NCBI GenBank assembly: GCA_040217195.1
Contig: JAVJNR010000004.1
Span: 192,001-256,000, forward strand
Source: Leptospiraceae bacterium
GTDB taxonomy: Bacteria; Spirochaetota; Leptospiria; Leptospirales; Leptonemataceae
DNA: 64,000 nt
Direction: 5' to 3'
This document shows, piece by piece, positions 1-10,322 of the stretch; positions within the stretch are counted from its first letter, which is position 1; each line of letters opens with the position of its first letter. A program made the translations under genes and the position numbers. The notes beneath the pieces are model-generated. The model worked only from the letters and a program-made list of their open reading frames with translations, was not told the origin of the DNA and did no database searches.

Positions 1-51
1 GTCCACTGCCAGAGCAAGGCATTTCTGTTCGTAGATGCCCTTACTCGATGC

Positions 52-1350
52 TCATGATCGGGCGCGCAGGGGTTCCAGCCGATTTGCAAGAATCAAACAG
101 ATGCACAGCAACAGGGCGAAGAACAACAGCTGGATTTGAGTTCCCAGGAACTGTGCCACGAATGCAAAGCTAGCTGCAAGCAATGTAAAACATCCCATGA
201 ATGTGTTGGCCACGGAGATGTAAGTGGATCGGTTATCTTCCGGAGCATAATCCACCAGATAGGTCTTTCGACCCAACCTGGCCCCACTATAGGCTATGGA
301 ATGTATGAAAATTAGAGCCAGTGAACCGAAGAATAAATACTTCTCATCAAGAAAATGCGGCATCAGCATTGCAGCCAGAATTACAATCAATGCAATGATA
401 CTGCATACCTGAATCAGTCCGGCAGCGGATCGATCTGCATGGCGGCCCCAGAATGGGCTACTTATTAACTCAGCAATCCCACCGACAAGGATTAGCCATC
501 CCATGGAGCCCGGTTCATTGCTGGCCATACCGAGAACTACGTACGGTAACATTAACGGAATAGAAAAAAGCAGGGCCCGAACAGCCAGGAATCTGCGAAA
601 GTTCGAATCCTGTCGCAACACAGCCATACCGGCGCGCAATTCATCAATCGGATTTCGACCGCCCCGGGTGGCCCCGGGAAATTCTTTAATCCTTGAATAT
701 ATCAACGCTGAGACCCACCATAGACCGGCAGCAATCCAGAACAGCCAGGTAAATACGGTAGTACTCTCTTCGCCTCTAACATAAAAAAGTAAGCCCAGCC
801 CGGCCGGAATAGAAAGCATACCTCCAAACAGAGCTCGGTAGGATAACAGGGAACCACGCTGTCCCGAAGGAATGGTCTTGGCGGTCACGTCCTTGAAAGC
901 CAGAGATGCAATTCCACTGGCCACAGAGTAGAGCAGAAATAGAAGTAAAATGGAAACTCCAGCCCACCGGGTCTTCAGATATAAAATGGCAAAACCACAG
1001 GCCAGCAAACACAACCCCTGAACCGATGCGGCCAGTACCCAGACAGACTTTCGTATAGCCATGGAGCGAATACGTGCGGAAACGAAAATTTGAGGCAACA
1101 ATGACCCGGCATCTCTAACTGGAACCAATAAACCGATCCAGAAGGTAGATACTCCAAGAGCAGAAAGAATCCAGGGCAGGGTTAAACCCGGATGAATGAT
1201 TCTTTCTGCGAGTTTCGTAATGGTTCCGTTCAGGATATTGGCAGCGAAATTCCCGGGCACCTCCTGGCAGAATTCATCCGGTATCCTTTCGCAGGATCTC
1301 AATTCATCGTCCGTAAGAAAGGAATGGAATCGCTCGGATACAGCTGCCAC
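52..1350 (-). CDS. MFS transporter
   Basis: 432 aa with about 12 hydrophobic segments and an MFS loop motif (WGRHADR); GTG start. Confidence 0.8.
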   Translation of the reverse strand: MAAVSERFHSFLTDDELRSCERIPDEFCQEVPGNFAANILNGTITKLAERIIHPGLTLPWILSALGVSTFWIGLLVPVRDAGSLLPQIFVSARIRSMAIRKSVWVLAASVQGLCLLACGFAILYLKTRWAGVSILLLFLLYSVASGIASLAFKDVTAKTIPSGQRGSLLSYRALFGGMLSIPAGLGLLFYVRGEESTTVFTWLFWIAAGLWWVSALIYSRIKEFPGATRGGRNPIDELRAGMAVLRQDSNFRRFLAVRALLFSIPLMLPYVVLGMASNEPGSMGWLILVGGIAELISSPFWGRHADRSAAGLIQVCSIIALIVILAAMLMPHFLDEKYLFFGSLALIFIHSIAYSGARLGRKTYLVDYAPEDNRSTYISVANTFMGCFTLLAASFAFVAQFLGTQIQLLFFALLLCICLILANRLEPLRARS

Positions 1351-1503
1351 GGGACGATTCCATTGGGGTAAGCTCCTATTTCAATTTTTTTCGAGCCCGG
1401 GAGCCCAATTCCAGGCCTTTCAGGAAGCAGCGCAATTCAATAGTACGATCTGGAAATTGCCACGCAGCTGGTGGCGAAGGCTGGCTCACTTATCCAGTTA
1501 AGT

Positions 1504-1833
1504 TCATCCGTAAATAGAAAGGGTGGTGGCCAGTAAAAGATCGCTCAGGATGATCGGAGTTTCAAACTGAACAAACACTGTATAGAAATATTGACCCTTG
1601 ATCTCCATTCCTTCCTTTTTCAGAATTTCTGCTTTGAAATCCATCTCAGTTCCGTATCTGGAATCCACGCTACCGCGGAGACTTCGTCCAGGATCAATTT
1701 GAAGATACTCTTTGCTATCCAGAGCAAAGTGGGCTTCTCTCTCATTTATGGAAAGCAAATAGGCTCTGAAGAACTTTCCTCTATGGTATAATCTAACCCT
1801 GAAATGAAAGAATGCCAGCGGTTCTGCATGCAT
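1504..1833 (-). CDS. hypothetical protein, possibly PilZ-like beta-barrel
   Basis: 109 aa ORF co-oriented with both neighbours; alternating hydrophobic pattern. Family is a guess. Confidence 0.5.
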   Translation of the reverse strand: MHAEPLAFFHFRVRLYHRGKFFRAYLLSINEREAHFALDSKEYLQIDPGRSLRGSVDSRYGTEMDFKAEILKKEGMEIKGQYFYTVFVQFETPIILSDLLLATTLSIYG

Positions 1834-1888
1834 GGTCCTATAGAAGGATTTGGCTGTTACTCACAGGTTACGACTTCCGTACGATCCA

Positions 1889-4800
1889 TCAATTTTCCGC
1901 TCCGGCAACAGTTCGCTCCTTCATCACGGCCCGAGTAATGGCTCTGTAATAATCGCTTTCTGGAAGCTCCTCAATCGACCGGGGACTTAATAATTTCCAG
2001 TTTGGATACTCATCCACTGTACCTGGCATATTTGGCTGATGCAGATCTCCGGTTAGATCATTCATGGAAACCAGAACCAATCTGGAAGAACTACGAGCCA
2101 GGGCTCTGTGAATGGCTACAGAAAGATCCAGCAAGTCCTCCTGGCCTGGCGCCTCCCCCTTCCCTGCAGAAAATGCATCTGCCTGCTCAGCAATACTCTG
2201 TAGAGTGTTTTCTCGCACAGGATCAATTAGTTTATGTTCCAGTAGATATTTTAAGATTCTCTGCCGATCGGCAGACCTTTCCTCCATTGCCTCGGCGGCA
2301 TCCTCTACACTGCGAAACCTTCTACATTCCTTGCGATCTAGAATGTCAGTTCCCAGCCAGTAACCGTTCCATGTGGGCAGGTCATGAGTATTTAATGTGG
2401 CAACAGAGAGGTTCGGATATTCCATTGTATCCAGAAGAGATCCGTCCTGGTTTCGCTCGAAAAACATTACTTTCCAGGACAGCATATGTCTCTTTCTCAA
2501 AATGTCTTCGATCTCTTCGGGAACCGTTCCCAGATCTTCGCCGATTACTGTGCATCGATGAAGATGACTTTCCAGGCAGAGCAGAGCGGTTAATTCTCTG
2601 TAAGGGTAGTAGACATAGGTGCCCGCATCGGGATGGACCCAGAAAAGACGAAACAGCCACATAACGTGATCCAGTCTCACAAATCCATCTGTGATCATGT
2701 TGGAACGAAGCAGATCCCGAAAGGGCCTGTAAGCTTTCTTCTTCAGCACCAGGGGGTTCCAGACTCCAATTCCCCAGTCCTGGCCTGTAGGTGCAAAGAA
2801 GTCAGGAGGTGCTCCGGCCCTGGCCTTCTTCGCATACAGATCTGGACTCACGCGATGATCCGCTCCATCGGTGGCAACGCCAACAGCAACATCTGTATAT
2901 AATCGCAGGCCTGCTTCGGCCAGCTCTTCGCAGACTTTTTGAAACTGGTCTCTCGCGGCCCAGAATATATACTCATAGAATCCCAGACGGCCGGCGTACT
3001 TCTGGCGAATCTCGTTGTCAGTCTTTCCCGCTTTCCAGGCCTTTTCTTCGGAGCTACCATGCACATCAATCTCCTGGATTAGCTCAAACATTGCATGGTC
3101 ATGTAATTCTGGATTCTTCCTCAGGTAAGACTGCATCTCATCTTTGCGTCCATGTACAATTGGATCCTCCGATGTCTGAAACGCATGGTAGGCCTTTTCC
3201 AGAAGCTCTAGCTTCAACTTCATGGAGCGAGCATAGTCGATTTGATAATCATCAGGAATAAAGGCAGCTTCCCGGGCCATTTGCTGGCCTTCCGGAACAG
3301 ATCGCCACTCTGGAAGCAATGACACAGAAATATAGAACGGATGAATGCCTTTTCGCGTAGATGGATAATAGGGACTTCTCAATTCTGGATGATTCAAAAA
3401 CAGTGCATGTAATGGCGAAAGTCCCAGAATTTCGTATCCATCCCTGGCAAGTTGACGCCCCAGCTCAAGCAGATCCTGAAAATCGCCAGCTCCCAGACTC
3501 TGCGAAGAGTGAATGGAGTATAGCTGCACAGTAACTCCACTCTTGCGTACTCCATCGTCCCATTTTTCTCGGAGAAGAGACTCACCCTGGTTCGGCTCTG
3601 GTTCAGAGTCTTGTTTCGCATCCCCGGATGGTGCAACAAAGCATCTGTCCGGACTAATAACCAGCAGGCCTCTATCCCAGGCAATGCCTCCTTTCAGTAG
3701 CTCCATTACATAGTACCCTGGATTCAGATCTTCCGGTACCGGAATGTGATAGGCAAAATACCGGATATCGTCCAGTACCACGGATCCCTGTTTCCATCTT
3801 TCTTCGATAGGTATGTGCCGCAGACTTTCGCCGCTTTCATACATGATGGTCAGCGCATTTCCATCCAACTCTTCTTCTGGAAGACGAATCTGAACATATC
3901 CCTCTTCTGTATTCAGCTCACCTTCGAAGCAAACCGTACAGGAGTCCATAGAATCGTTCCAGTGCTGACGCTTTAGATCCAGCAGTACTTCATCGGGCCG
4001 GAAATCCTCGGAAATCTCTGGTAGCATTTCTCGGATTATCTTTTCCAGTCTCAGCCCTTCCAGGTTATGAGTCTTTCCGGTCAGATCTGTGAATGTGCGC
4101 AGAATCCCCAGCTCATCGGCCAGTCTTTGCAAGGCCGGCTCCCTGGATTGACGATCCAGTTCCCGATCCAACCAGCCCAGCTCGGCTTCGAAAATGCAGA
4201 CTCCTTCCGGCCCTAGAGTAAACCAGGCGCCTGGCGGTAATTCACGGTTTTCAATCCTGGTATCTCCGTTTTCAGAATAGCTTCCTTCCGAGCAGAGCAC
4301 GCAGGTCCACATGGCCTGAAACAGAGTCGGAATGCGAAAGCGCAAAGCCCCTTCTTCCGGGTTAAAACAGATAAAAAGACTGCGACCTTCCATGAGACGC
4401 TTTAGATCAGCTCTTCTTCCAAATTCGGAAGGCAAGACCACCGAAAAAGCTTTGCCTCTTTCATGCCATTGCCTTTCGTCCAGCTCATCGCCGGAAGGAG
4501 CAAGCCAGTACACATCTTTGATTTCTGACCCTCCCGGATCGTAACCAAACAGAAAATTCTTTCTTCGCAGTACCTCGTTTCTTTTTCGAATTTCGATTAA
4601 CTTTCTGGTCCAGTCCAGAAGCTCCGAGGCTTCTTCGGAGACTTTCCAATCAACATAACTGATACTATTGTCCTGACAGTAGGCATTGTTATTACCTCTT
4701 TGCGTTCGTCCCCGCTCATCACCGGACAATAGCATGGGTACTCCCTGGGAGGTGAGCAAGGTAGTAAGCAGGGCCTTTTTCTTTCGCATCCTGCGAGCCT

Positions 4801-6301
4801 GCACTGCCGGATCATCGGTTTCCCCTTCTACTCCATTATTGTGACTGAGATTTTCATCGTGGCCGTCGGTATTTTCCCACAGATTACTTTCATTGTGTTT
4901 TTCGCTGTAAGTAACCAGATCATGTAGGGTAAATCCATCATGCGCTGTAATGTAATTGATGCTGGCTGAAGTTTTTCGTCCTGCCGATGCATACAGATCC
5001 GAGGAACCTGCATAACGAGTTACCATTGTTGCCACCCTGGCCTCACCAAGGTTCCAGTACCGCCGAATCTGATCCCGGTACTGCCCATTCCATTCCGCCC
5101 ATTGTCCGGGAAAATTACCTACCTGGTAGCCTCCTTCGCCCAGATCCCAGGGCTCCGCTATTAGCTTAACTCGCGAAAGTACCGGGTCCTGGCTAATAAT
5201 ATCAAAAAAGGATGCCAGTCGATCCACTTCAAAGAGCTCCCGGGCAAGTGCGCTGGCCAGATCAAAGCGAAATCCGTCTACATGCATTTCGGTGACCCAG
5301 TATCGCAGGGAGTCCATGATCAGTTGCAACACCCTGGGATTATTCATATTCAGGGTGTTGCCACAGCCGGTAAAATCCTGAAACAAATGAGGCGCATCTG
5401 GCTGCAATCTGTAGTAGGCCTGATTGTCGATGCCGCGAAAGCTCAACGTAGGTCCTGTATGGTCCGTTTCTGCAGTATGATTGTACACTACATCAAGGAT
5501 CACTTCCAGACCGGCCTGATGAAGTGTGCGGACCATTGTCTTGAATTCGTAGAGTGCATCCGTTTCCCTTCGTCCTACTGCGAATCGGCTGCATGGTGCA
5601 AAATAGGCCAGCGTATTGTAGCCCCAGTAGTTAGTGAGGCTTTTTCGAGCCAGGGCATGTTCTGAGATACTGTGATGAACAGGTAATAGTTCCACCGCCG
5701 TAATTCCCAGTGATTTCAGATACTCGATGACCGGTTCGCTACAGAACCCCAGGTAGGTACCCCGCAATTCCTGAGGCACCTCTGGATGTCGCATGGTGAA
5801 TCCCTTTACATGAGCTTCATAGATGACTGTGTCTTCCCACGGTATTCTGGGAGGCCTATCGTCTCCCCAGGTGAATGCAGCGTCCACCACAGCGCCCAGA
5901 GGCACATACGGCGCCGAATCGCTAAAATCCGGGCTTTCCAGATTGTCCGGGTATTTCCAGCCGTACAGAGATGGATGCCAGGTCAAATCCCGGCCAATGG
6001 CTCTAGCATAGGGATCCAGCAAAACTTTGGCCGGATTGAAACGATGACCTTCATGAGGTGCGTACGGCCCGGTTACCCGATACCCGTATAGTTGCCCCGG
6101 TCGAATGCCCGGGACATAACAATGCCAGACGTAATCGGTACGCTCATGCAGCGGAATGCAGTATGCTTCCGAGGTATCCTTTGAGTGATCAAACAGACAG
6201 AGTGTAATACTTCTGGCATTTTCGGAATACAGGGCAAAGTTTACACCTGCACCATCCCATGTAGCTCCCAGCGGATAAGGCTTACCTGGCAGTACCTTCA
6301 T
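1889..6301 (-). CDS. glgX: bifunctional glycogen debranching enzyme GlgX (GH13) / 4-alpha-glucanotransferase MalQ (GH77)
   Basis: GlgX motifs [34 protein letters not shown]77 motifs YYPS, GAPPD, RLDH, GEDLG, THD; RBS AGAGGAG upstream. Confidence 0.93.
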   Translation of the reverse strand: MKVLPGKPYPLGATWDGAGVNFALYSENARSITLCLFDHSKDTSEAYCIPLHERTDYVWHCYVPGIRPGQLYGYRVTGPYAPHEGHRFNPAKVLLDPYARAIGRDLTWHPSLYGWKYPDNLESPDFSDSAPYVPLGAVVDAAFTWGDDRPPRIPWEDTVIYEAHVKGFTMRHPEVPQELRGTYLGFCSEPVIEYLKSLGITAVELLPVHHSISEHALARKSLTNYWGYNTLAYFAPCSRFAVGRRETDALYEFKTMVRTLHQAGLEVILDVVYNHTAETDHTGPTLSFRGIDNQAYYRLQPDAPHLFQDFTGCGNTLNMNNPRVLQLIMDSLRYWVTEMHVDGFRFDLASALARELFEVDRLASFFDIISQDPVLSRVKLIAEPWDLGEGGYQVGNFPGQWAEWNGQYRDQIRRYWNLGEARVATMVTRYAGSSDLYASAGRKTSASINYITAHDGFTLHDLVTYSEKHNESNLWENTDGHDENLSHNNGVEGETDDPAVQARRMRKKKALLTTLLTSQGVPMLLSGDERGRTQRGNNNAYCQDNSISYVDWKVSEEASELLDWTRKLIEIRKRNEVLRRKNFLFGYDPGGSEIKDVYWLAPSGDELDERQWHERGKAFSVVLPSEFGRRADLKRLMEGRSLFICFNPEEGALRFRIPTLFQAMWTCVLCSEGSYSENGDTRIENRELPPGAWFTLGPEGVCIFEAELGWLDRELDRQSREPALQRLADELGILRTFTDLTGKTHNLEGLRLEKIIREMLPEISEDFRPDEVLLDLKRQHWNDSMDSCTVCFEGELNTEEGYVQIRLPEEELDGNALTIMYESGESLRHIPIEERWKQGSVVLDDIRYFAYHIPVPEDLNPGYYVMELLKGGIAWDRGLLVISPDRCFVAPSGDAKQDSEPEPNQGESLLREKWDDGVRKSGVTVQLYSIHSSQSLGAGDFQDLLELGRQLARDGYEILGLSPLHALFLNHPELRSPYYPSTRKGIHPFYISVSLLPEWRSVPEGQQMAREAAFIPDDYQIDYARSMKLKLELLEKAYHAFQTSEDPIVHGRKDEMQSYLRKNPELHDHAMFELIQEIDVHGSSEEKAWKAGKTDNEIRQKYAGRLGFYEYIFWAARDQFQKVCEELAEAGLRLYTDVAVGVATDGADHRVSPDLYAKKARAGAPPDFFAPTGQDWGIGVWNPLVLKKKAYRPFRDLLRSNMITDGFVRLDHVMWLFRLFWVHPDAGTYVYYPYRELTALLCLESHLHRCTVIGEDLGTVPEEIEDILRKRHMLSWKVMFFERNQDGSLLDTMEYPNLSVATLNTHDLPTWNGYWLGTDILDRKECRRFRSVEDAAEAMEERSADRQRILKYLLEHKLIDPVRENTLQSIAEQADAFSAGKGEAPGQEDLLDLSVAIHRALARSSSRLVLVSMNDLTGDLHQPNMPGTVDEYPNWKLLSPRSIEELPESDYYRAITRAVMKERTVAGAEN

Positions 6302-6372
6302 TTATATATTCACTCCTCTGTAGTACCTTTGCGACTTCTTCGCGGATAAAAGTGGCAAAAGCATTCGAAAAC

Positions 6373-6399
6373 CATATTTCATTTGACAAAATGAATATG
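6373..6399. promoter_or_regulatory. inverted repeat over a TTGACA -35 box in the divergent glgX / GT4 region
   Basis: TTCATTT-GACA-AAATGAA (6378-6395), extendable imperfectly to CATAT...ATATG; TTGACA at 6383-6388. Confidence 0.45.
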
Positions 6400-6458
6400 C
6401 AAGCCTGACTCAGGTTACTGGTGAAATCTCGTTCGCATATCCGAAAAAAGCAATTTTC

Positions 6459-7778
6459 ATGAAACCTTTGAAGATACTTATGATTGGCTGGGAATACCCG
6501 CCGGCCATTACGGGCGGCCTGGGGATAGCTTGCCGCGGTCTGGCCCGAGAAGTTGCTGCACGTGGACACACAGTCTATTTTGTGCTTCCCCGGGTGCATG
6601 GAAATGAACCCCGGGATCCAGGTGTGAACCTGATCGGGCTAAATACTCGCGATTTACCAATATCAGATGATGAACTGAAGGGAATGCTTCTGAATTTTGC
6701 GGAGCAACATGGCGATGAAATTCTGCGAATGATTCCGTTTGGGGCCTATGAAAGCCCGGTCATGACCGCAGAGCAAATTTCGCAGAACCTGGATCTTATT
6801 CGAAAGCAGCTTTCACAGGAGATGGAAACCAATCAGAGTGCAGCCGAGCGATTGCTCAGCGGTGGGTATGGGTCTGACCTGATCCATCAAATCCATTTAT
6901 ATGCAGACTTCTGTTCCTTGATTGGAAAGAGACTGAATGTAGATCTCATTCACGGTCATGACTGGATGACTTTTCCCGCTTCTCTGGGGGCCATGGTTCA
7001 ATCCGGGAAACCTCTGGTTGCTCATGTGCATGCAACCGAATTTGATCGAAGTGGCATTCATGGAAATCGATATGTAGAAGATCTTGAACGCCATACTTTC
7101 AACCGGGCCAGCGCTGTGGTCACGGTAAGTAATTATACTCGTAATATCATCATTAACCGGTATGGAGTCTCTCCGGATAAGGTATTTGCAGTTCACAATG
7201 CTGTGGAGCTCGAAGAGGAATCGGTGCCCGCCCGGCGACCGTTTGAAGACAAGATGATTACTTTTCTGGGTCGAATTACGTTTCAGAAAGGACCGGACTA
7301 TTTTGTTCGAGCTGCGCGAAAAGTAATCGATCAGAACCGAAATGTTCGGTTTGTTATGGTTGGAACCGGAGACATGTATCCCCGAATGATCGAGCTGGCT
7401 GCAGACCTGGGAATCGGTAAATATTTTCACTACACCGGATTCTTAAAAAGGGATCAGATCAAGCAGATCTATGGAATGAGTGATTTATACGTCATTCCTT
7501 CCGTATCTGAACCATTTGGACTGACGGCCCTGGAAGCCATGGCTCAGGGAGTACCCGTAATCGTATCCAGGCAATCAGGAGTTAGCGAGGTCATCGAGCA
7601 TGCTATTAAACTGGACTTCTGGGATGTAGATGCCATTGCAAAGTCTATCCTGGATGTCATAGGAGACGATGCACTTCATACTCAACTAAAGCATGGCGGA
7701 CTCAAAGAGGTGCGTAAAATATCCTGGGCCAACAGTGCTCAGAAGCTGGAAGAAGTGTACGGGAGAGTAATCCCATGA
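6459..7778 (+). CDS. GT4 glycosyltransferase, putative glycogen synthase
   Basis: GWEYPPAITGGLG, HGHDWMT, HVHATE, QKGPDYF, SEPFGLTALEA; overlaps the GH57 start (ATGA). Confidence 0.88.
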   Translation: MKPLKILMIGWEYPPAITGGLGIACRGLAREVAARGHTVYFVLPRVHGNEPRDPGVNLIGLNTRDLPISDDELKGMLLNFAEQHGDEILRMIPFGAYESPVMTAEQISQNLDLIRKQLSQEMETNQSAAERLLSGGYGSDLIHQIHLYADFCSLIGKRLNVDLIHGHDWMTFPASLGAMVQSGKPLVAHVHATEFDRSGIHGNRYVEDLERHTFNRASAVVTVSNYTRNIIINRYGVSPDKVFAVHNAVELEEESVPARRPFEDKMITFLGRITFQKGPDYFVRAARKVIDQNRNVRFVMVGTGDMYPRMIELAADLGIGKYFHYTGFLKRDQIKQIYGMSDLYVIPSVSEPFGLTALEAMAQGVPVIVSRQSGVSEVIEHAIKLDFWDVDAIAKSILDVIGDDALHTQLKHGGLKEVRKISWANSAQKLEEVYGRVIP

Positions 7779-8986
7779 TTTCCATTTGCTTTTACTTTGA
7801 GGTCCACCAACCGTTCAGACTGAGAAAATACGGTTTCTTCGATCTTGGAAATGCTCATTACTTTGATGATGAAGCCAATGCCAGAATAGCAGAAAAAGTA
7901 GCCAATAAATGCTATCGGCCAACCACTGCATTACTCTATGAACTTGTAAGAAGACATGGCGATGAATTCAAATTCACTTTCTCGATCACAGGTACCGCCA
8001 TAGAGCAATTCAAGAAATGGACTCCAGATGTAATGGATCTGTTTCGCGCTCTGGCAGAAACCGGCCAGGTTGAATTTCTGGCGGAAACCTATTACCATAG
8101 CCTGGCCAGTCTATTCAGCGAAGATGAATTTCGTCAGCAGGTAAGAATGCACTCCGATCTGATGTATAAAGAATTTGGAGTACGACCCACTTCATTTCGG
8201 AATACAGAGTTAATCTACAATAACCACATTGCCTACCTGGCTGAAGACATGGGATTTAAAGCCATTCTTTGCGAAGGGGCGGAACGATTGCTGGGATGGC
8301 GAAGTCCGAATTACCTCTATCGACCCAGGTATAGTCCGAGAATCAAAGCCTTTCTCAAGAATTACAGACTCAGTGATGATATAGCATTTCGGTTTTCCGA
8401 TCGAGGCTGGCTGGAATTTCCTCTGACCACGGAAAAATTTTCCACCTGGTTACACAATGTGGCCGGAAATGGAAATACTGTTAACCTCTTTATGGATTAC
8501 GAAACCTTCGGAGAACATCAATGGGAGGATACTGGAATCTTCCAATTTCTGGACGCGCTTCCCGCTGCTTTAATGAGGCACAGGGATTTTCGCTTTTCTA
8601 CAGTCACAGAAGCAGCCCGACAAAGAGAACCGGTAGGTGAAATTGATACCGACCAGGCAGTATCCTGGGCTGATATGGAAAGAGATTTATCCGCCTGGCT
8701 GGGAAATAGTATGCAACGAGAAGCGGCCGCTTCCATCTATGAACTGGAAAGAGAAGTGAAGGAGTTAAGCGACCCTGCAATTCTGGAAGACTGGAGAAAA
8801 CTTCAGACTTCCGACCATTTCTACTACATGAGTACCAAATTCTGGAATGACGGAGACGTGCATAAATACTTCAGCCCTTATGGAACACCGCATGAAGCCT
8901 ATGTATATTTCATGAATGTTCTCCAGGATTTAAGAAACAGAATCAAAGAGCGCAAGAAATCCAGAACCTATGCCCAGAAGAGCTAG
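7775..8986 (+). CDS. GH57 glycoside hydrolase (alpha-amylase type)
   Basis: HQP, ETYYHSL, FRNTELIYN (nucleophile Glu), FMDYETFGEH, LQTSDHFYY. Confidence 0.92.
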   Translation: MISICFYFEVHQPFRLRKYGFFDLGNAHYFDDEANARIAEKVANKCYRPTTALLYELVRRHGDEFKFTFSITGTAIEQFKKWTPDVMDLFRALAETGQVEFLAETYYHSLASLFSEDEFRQQVRMHSDLMYKEFGVRPTSFRNTELIYNNHIAYLAEDMGFKAILCEGAERLLGWRSPNYLYRPRYSPRIKAFLKNYRLSDDIAFRFSDRGWLEFPLTTEKFSTWLHNVAGNGNTVNLFMDYETFGEHQWEDTGIFQFLDALPAALMRHRDFRFSTVTEAARQREPVGEIDTDQAVSWADMERDLSAWLGNSMQREAAASIYELEREVKELSDPAILEDWRKLQTSDHFYYMSTKFWNDGDVHKYFSPYGTPHEAYVYFMNVLQDLRNRIKERKKSRTYAQKS

Positions 8987-9992
8987 CCAGACTCCGCGAT
9001 TTCCACTACTGCTTTCCATAATACTGGGACTTTTCATACTCGGTATCAAGTTTTTAGCTTATTACCTCACCGGTTCCATGGCACTCAAGTCCGATGCCCT
9101 GGAAGGCATTGTAAATGTTATGGCAGCCATGTTTGCCTTTGGCTCGGTACTCTATGCTGAAAAGCCAGCCGATGAAGACCATCCCTATGGCCACGGAAAA
9201 ATTGAACTATTCTCTGCAGCCTTCGAAGGTGGACTGATTCTACTGGCTGCTGTGCTCATTACCTATGAATCCGTGGAAAGATTGATTCTTGGCACGGAGC
9301 TACAATCCCTGGGTCTTGGACTGGCATTAAACTTTGGGGCCGGTCTGGCAAACGGTATGCTGGGATTCTACCTGGTGCGAAGCGGCCAAAAACACCGATC
9401 TCGATCCATTGAAGCGGATGGAAAACATCTGATGAGCGATTTCGTAACTACCCTGGGAGTCATGATTGGCCTGGCCATTGTGTACATTACCGGTCTTTCC
9501 TGGCTGGATCCAGCCATTGCCATCCTGTTTTCTGCATGGCTACTCTATGTGGGCTGGGACCTGCTCAGAGAGTCCATTGGTGGACTTTTGGACAATGAAG
9601 ATCCAGAACTACTGGAGAAGCTTGTGGGATCTATGAACCAGCATCGGGTTCCAGAAATCATTTCAGTGCATGAAATGCGGACTCTGCGAAGCGGTAATTA
9701 TACTCATATTGATCTTCATGCGGCGGTACCCGAGCATTATTCGGTGAAGAAAATGCATGAAGTACTGGAGCTATTCGAAAAGCAGGTACTTTCGGTTTCC
9801 GGTATAAATGGGGAATTCCATACCCATGTGGATCCATGTGCGAAACTGTATTGCCGGTACTGCTCGGTGGCCAACTGCTCTATAAGGCTATCTCCCTTTG
9901 AAAAAAGCGTAGACTTTACCATTGAATCGGTAACCGCCGAGGGACCGGACCGGAAGCATTCCACCGGCGGTTACGGCATAGAGCATCGTTAG
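8970..9992 (+). CDS. cation diffusion facilitator (FieF/CzcD family)
   Basis: SDALE, DEDHPYGHGKIE, ADGKHLMSD; about 6 TM segments; Cys-rich tail HVDPCAKLYCRYCSVANC. Confidence 0.9.
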   Translation: MPRRASQTPRFPLLLSIILGLFILGIKFLAYYLTGSMALKSDALEGIVNVMAAMFAFGSVLYAEKPADEDHPYGHGKIELFSAAFEGGLILLAAVLITYESVERLILGTELQSLGLGLALNFGAGLANGMLGFYLVRSGQKHRSRSIEADGKHLMSDFVTTLGVMIGLAIVYITGLSWLDPAIAILFSAWLLYVGWDLLRESIGGLLDNEDPELLEKLVGSMNQHRVPEIISVHEMRTLRSGNYTHIDLHAAVPEHYSVKKMHEVLELFEKQVLSVSGINGEFHTHVDPCAKLYCRYCSVANCSIRLSPFEKSVDFTIESVTAEGPDRKHSTGGYGIEHR

Positions 9993-10195
9993 CAAGAATA
10001 GTCCCGATTAATTCCTGGTTACTCATCCGCTGCCATTCATCAGCTGAAAATGCAGAATGCCTGGATTTCTGGCCACTTCCAGGATTCTTTATTTAAACCC
10101 TTACAGTATGCAGTTTCGCTGATTATTCACAATGGTCGGGGCGGCCTGCGCCTGCATCCGTGAGCACCGGTTGGAAAAAAGTGCAGGCTGCCACT

Positions 10196-10213
10196 CTGGT
10201 ACACAAAGTGCAT
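10196..10213 (+). promoter_or_regulatory. candidate sigma-54 (-24/-12) promoter
   Basis: CTGGTACACAAAGTGCAT with GG at 10198-10199 and GC at 10210-10211, exact 10-nt spacing; about 110 bp upstream of an amt gene. Confidence 0.55.
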
Positions 10214-10322
10214 CGTCTTTGTGGAATATTGAGGAGACCATCTGATTGTGCGCATTCTCCGGGCATTTCGCCCGATTCGATTGCGAATCAGATAGATCCC
10301 ATACAGTTCGCCGGAGGCCTTC

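Noticed and set aside
2002..2664. 220-aa ORF and the many other short ORFs nested in long genes
   Set aside because: Shadow frames of well-supported genes with no recognisable motifs.
10164..10184. NtrC site GCAC...GTGC
   Set aside because: Half-sites are 13 nt apart rather than 7.
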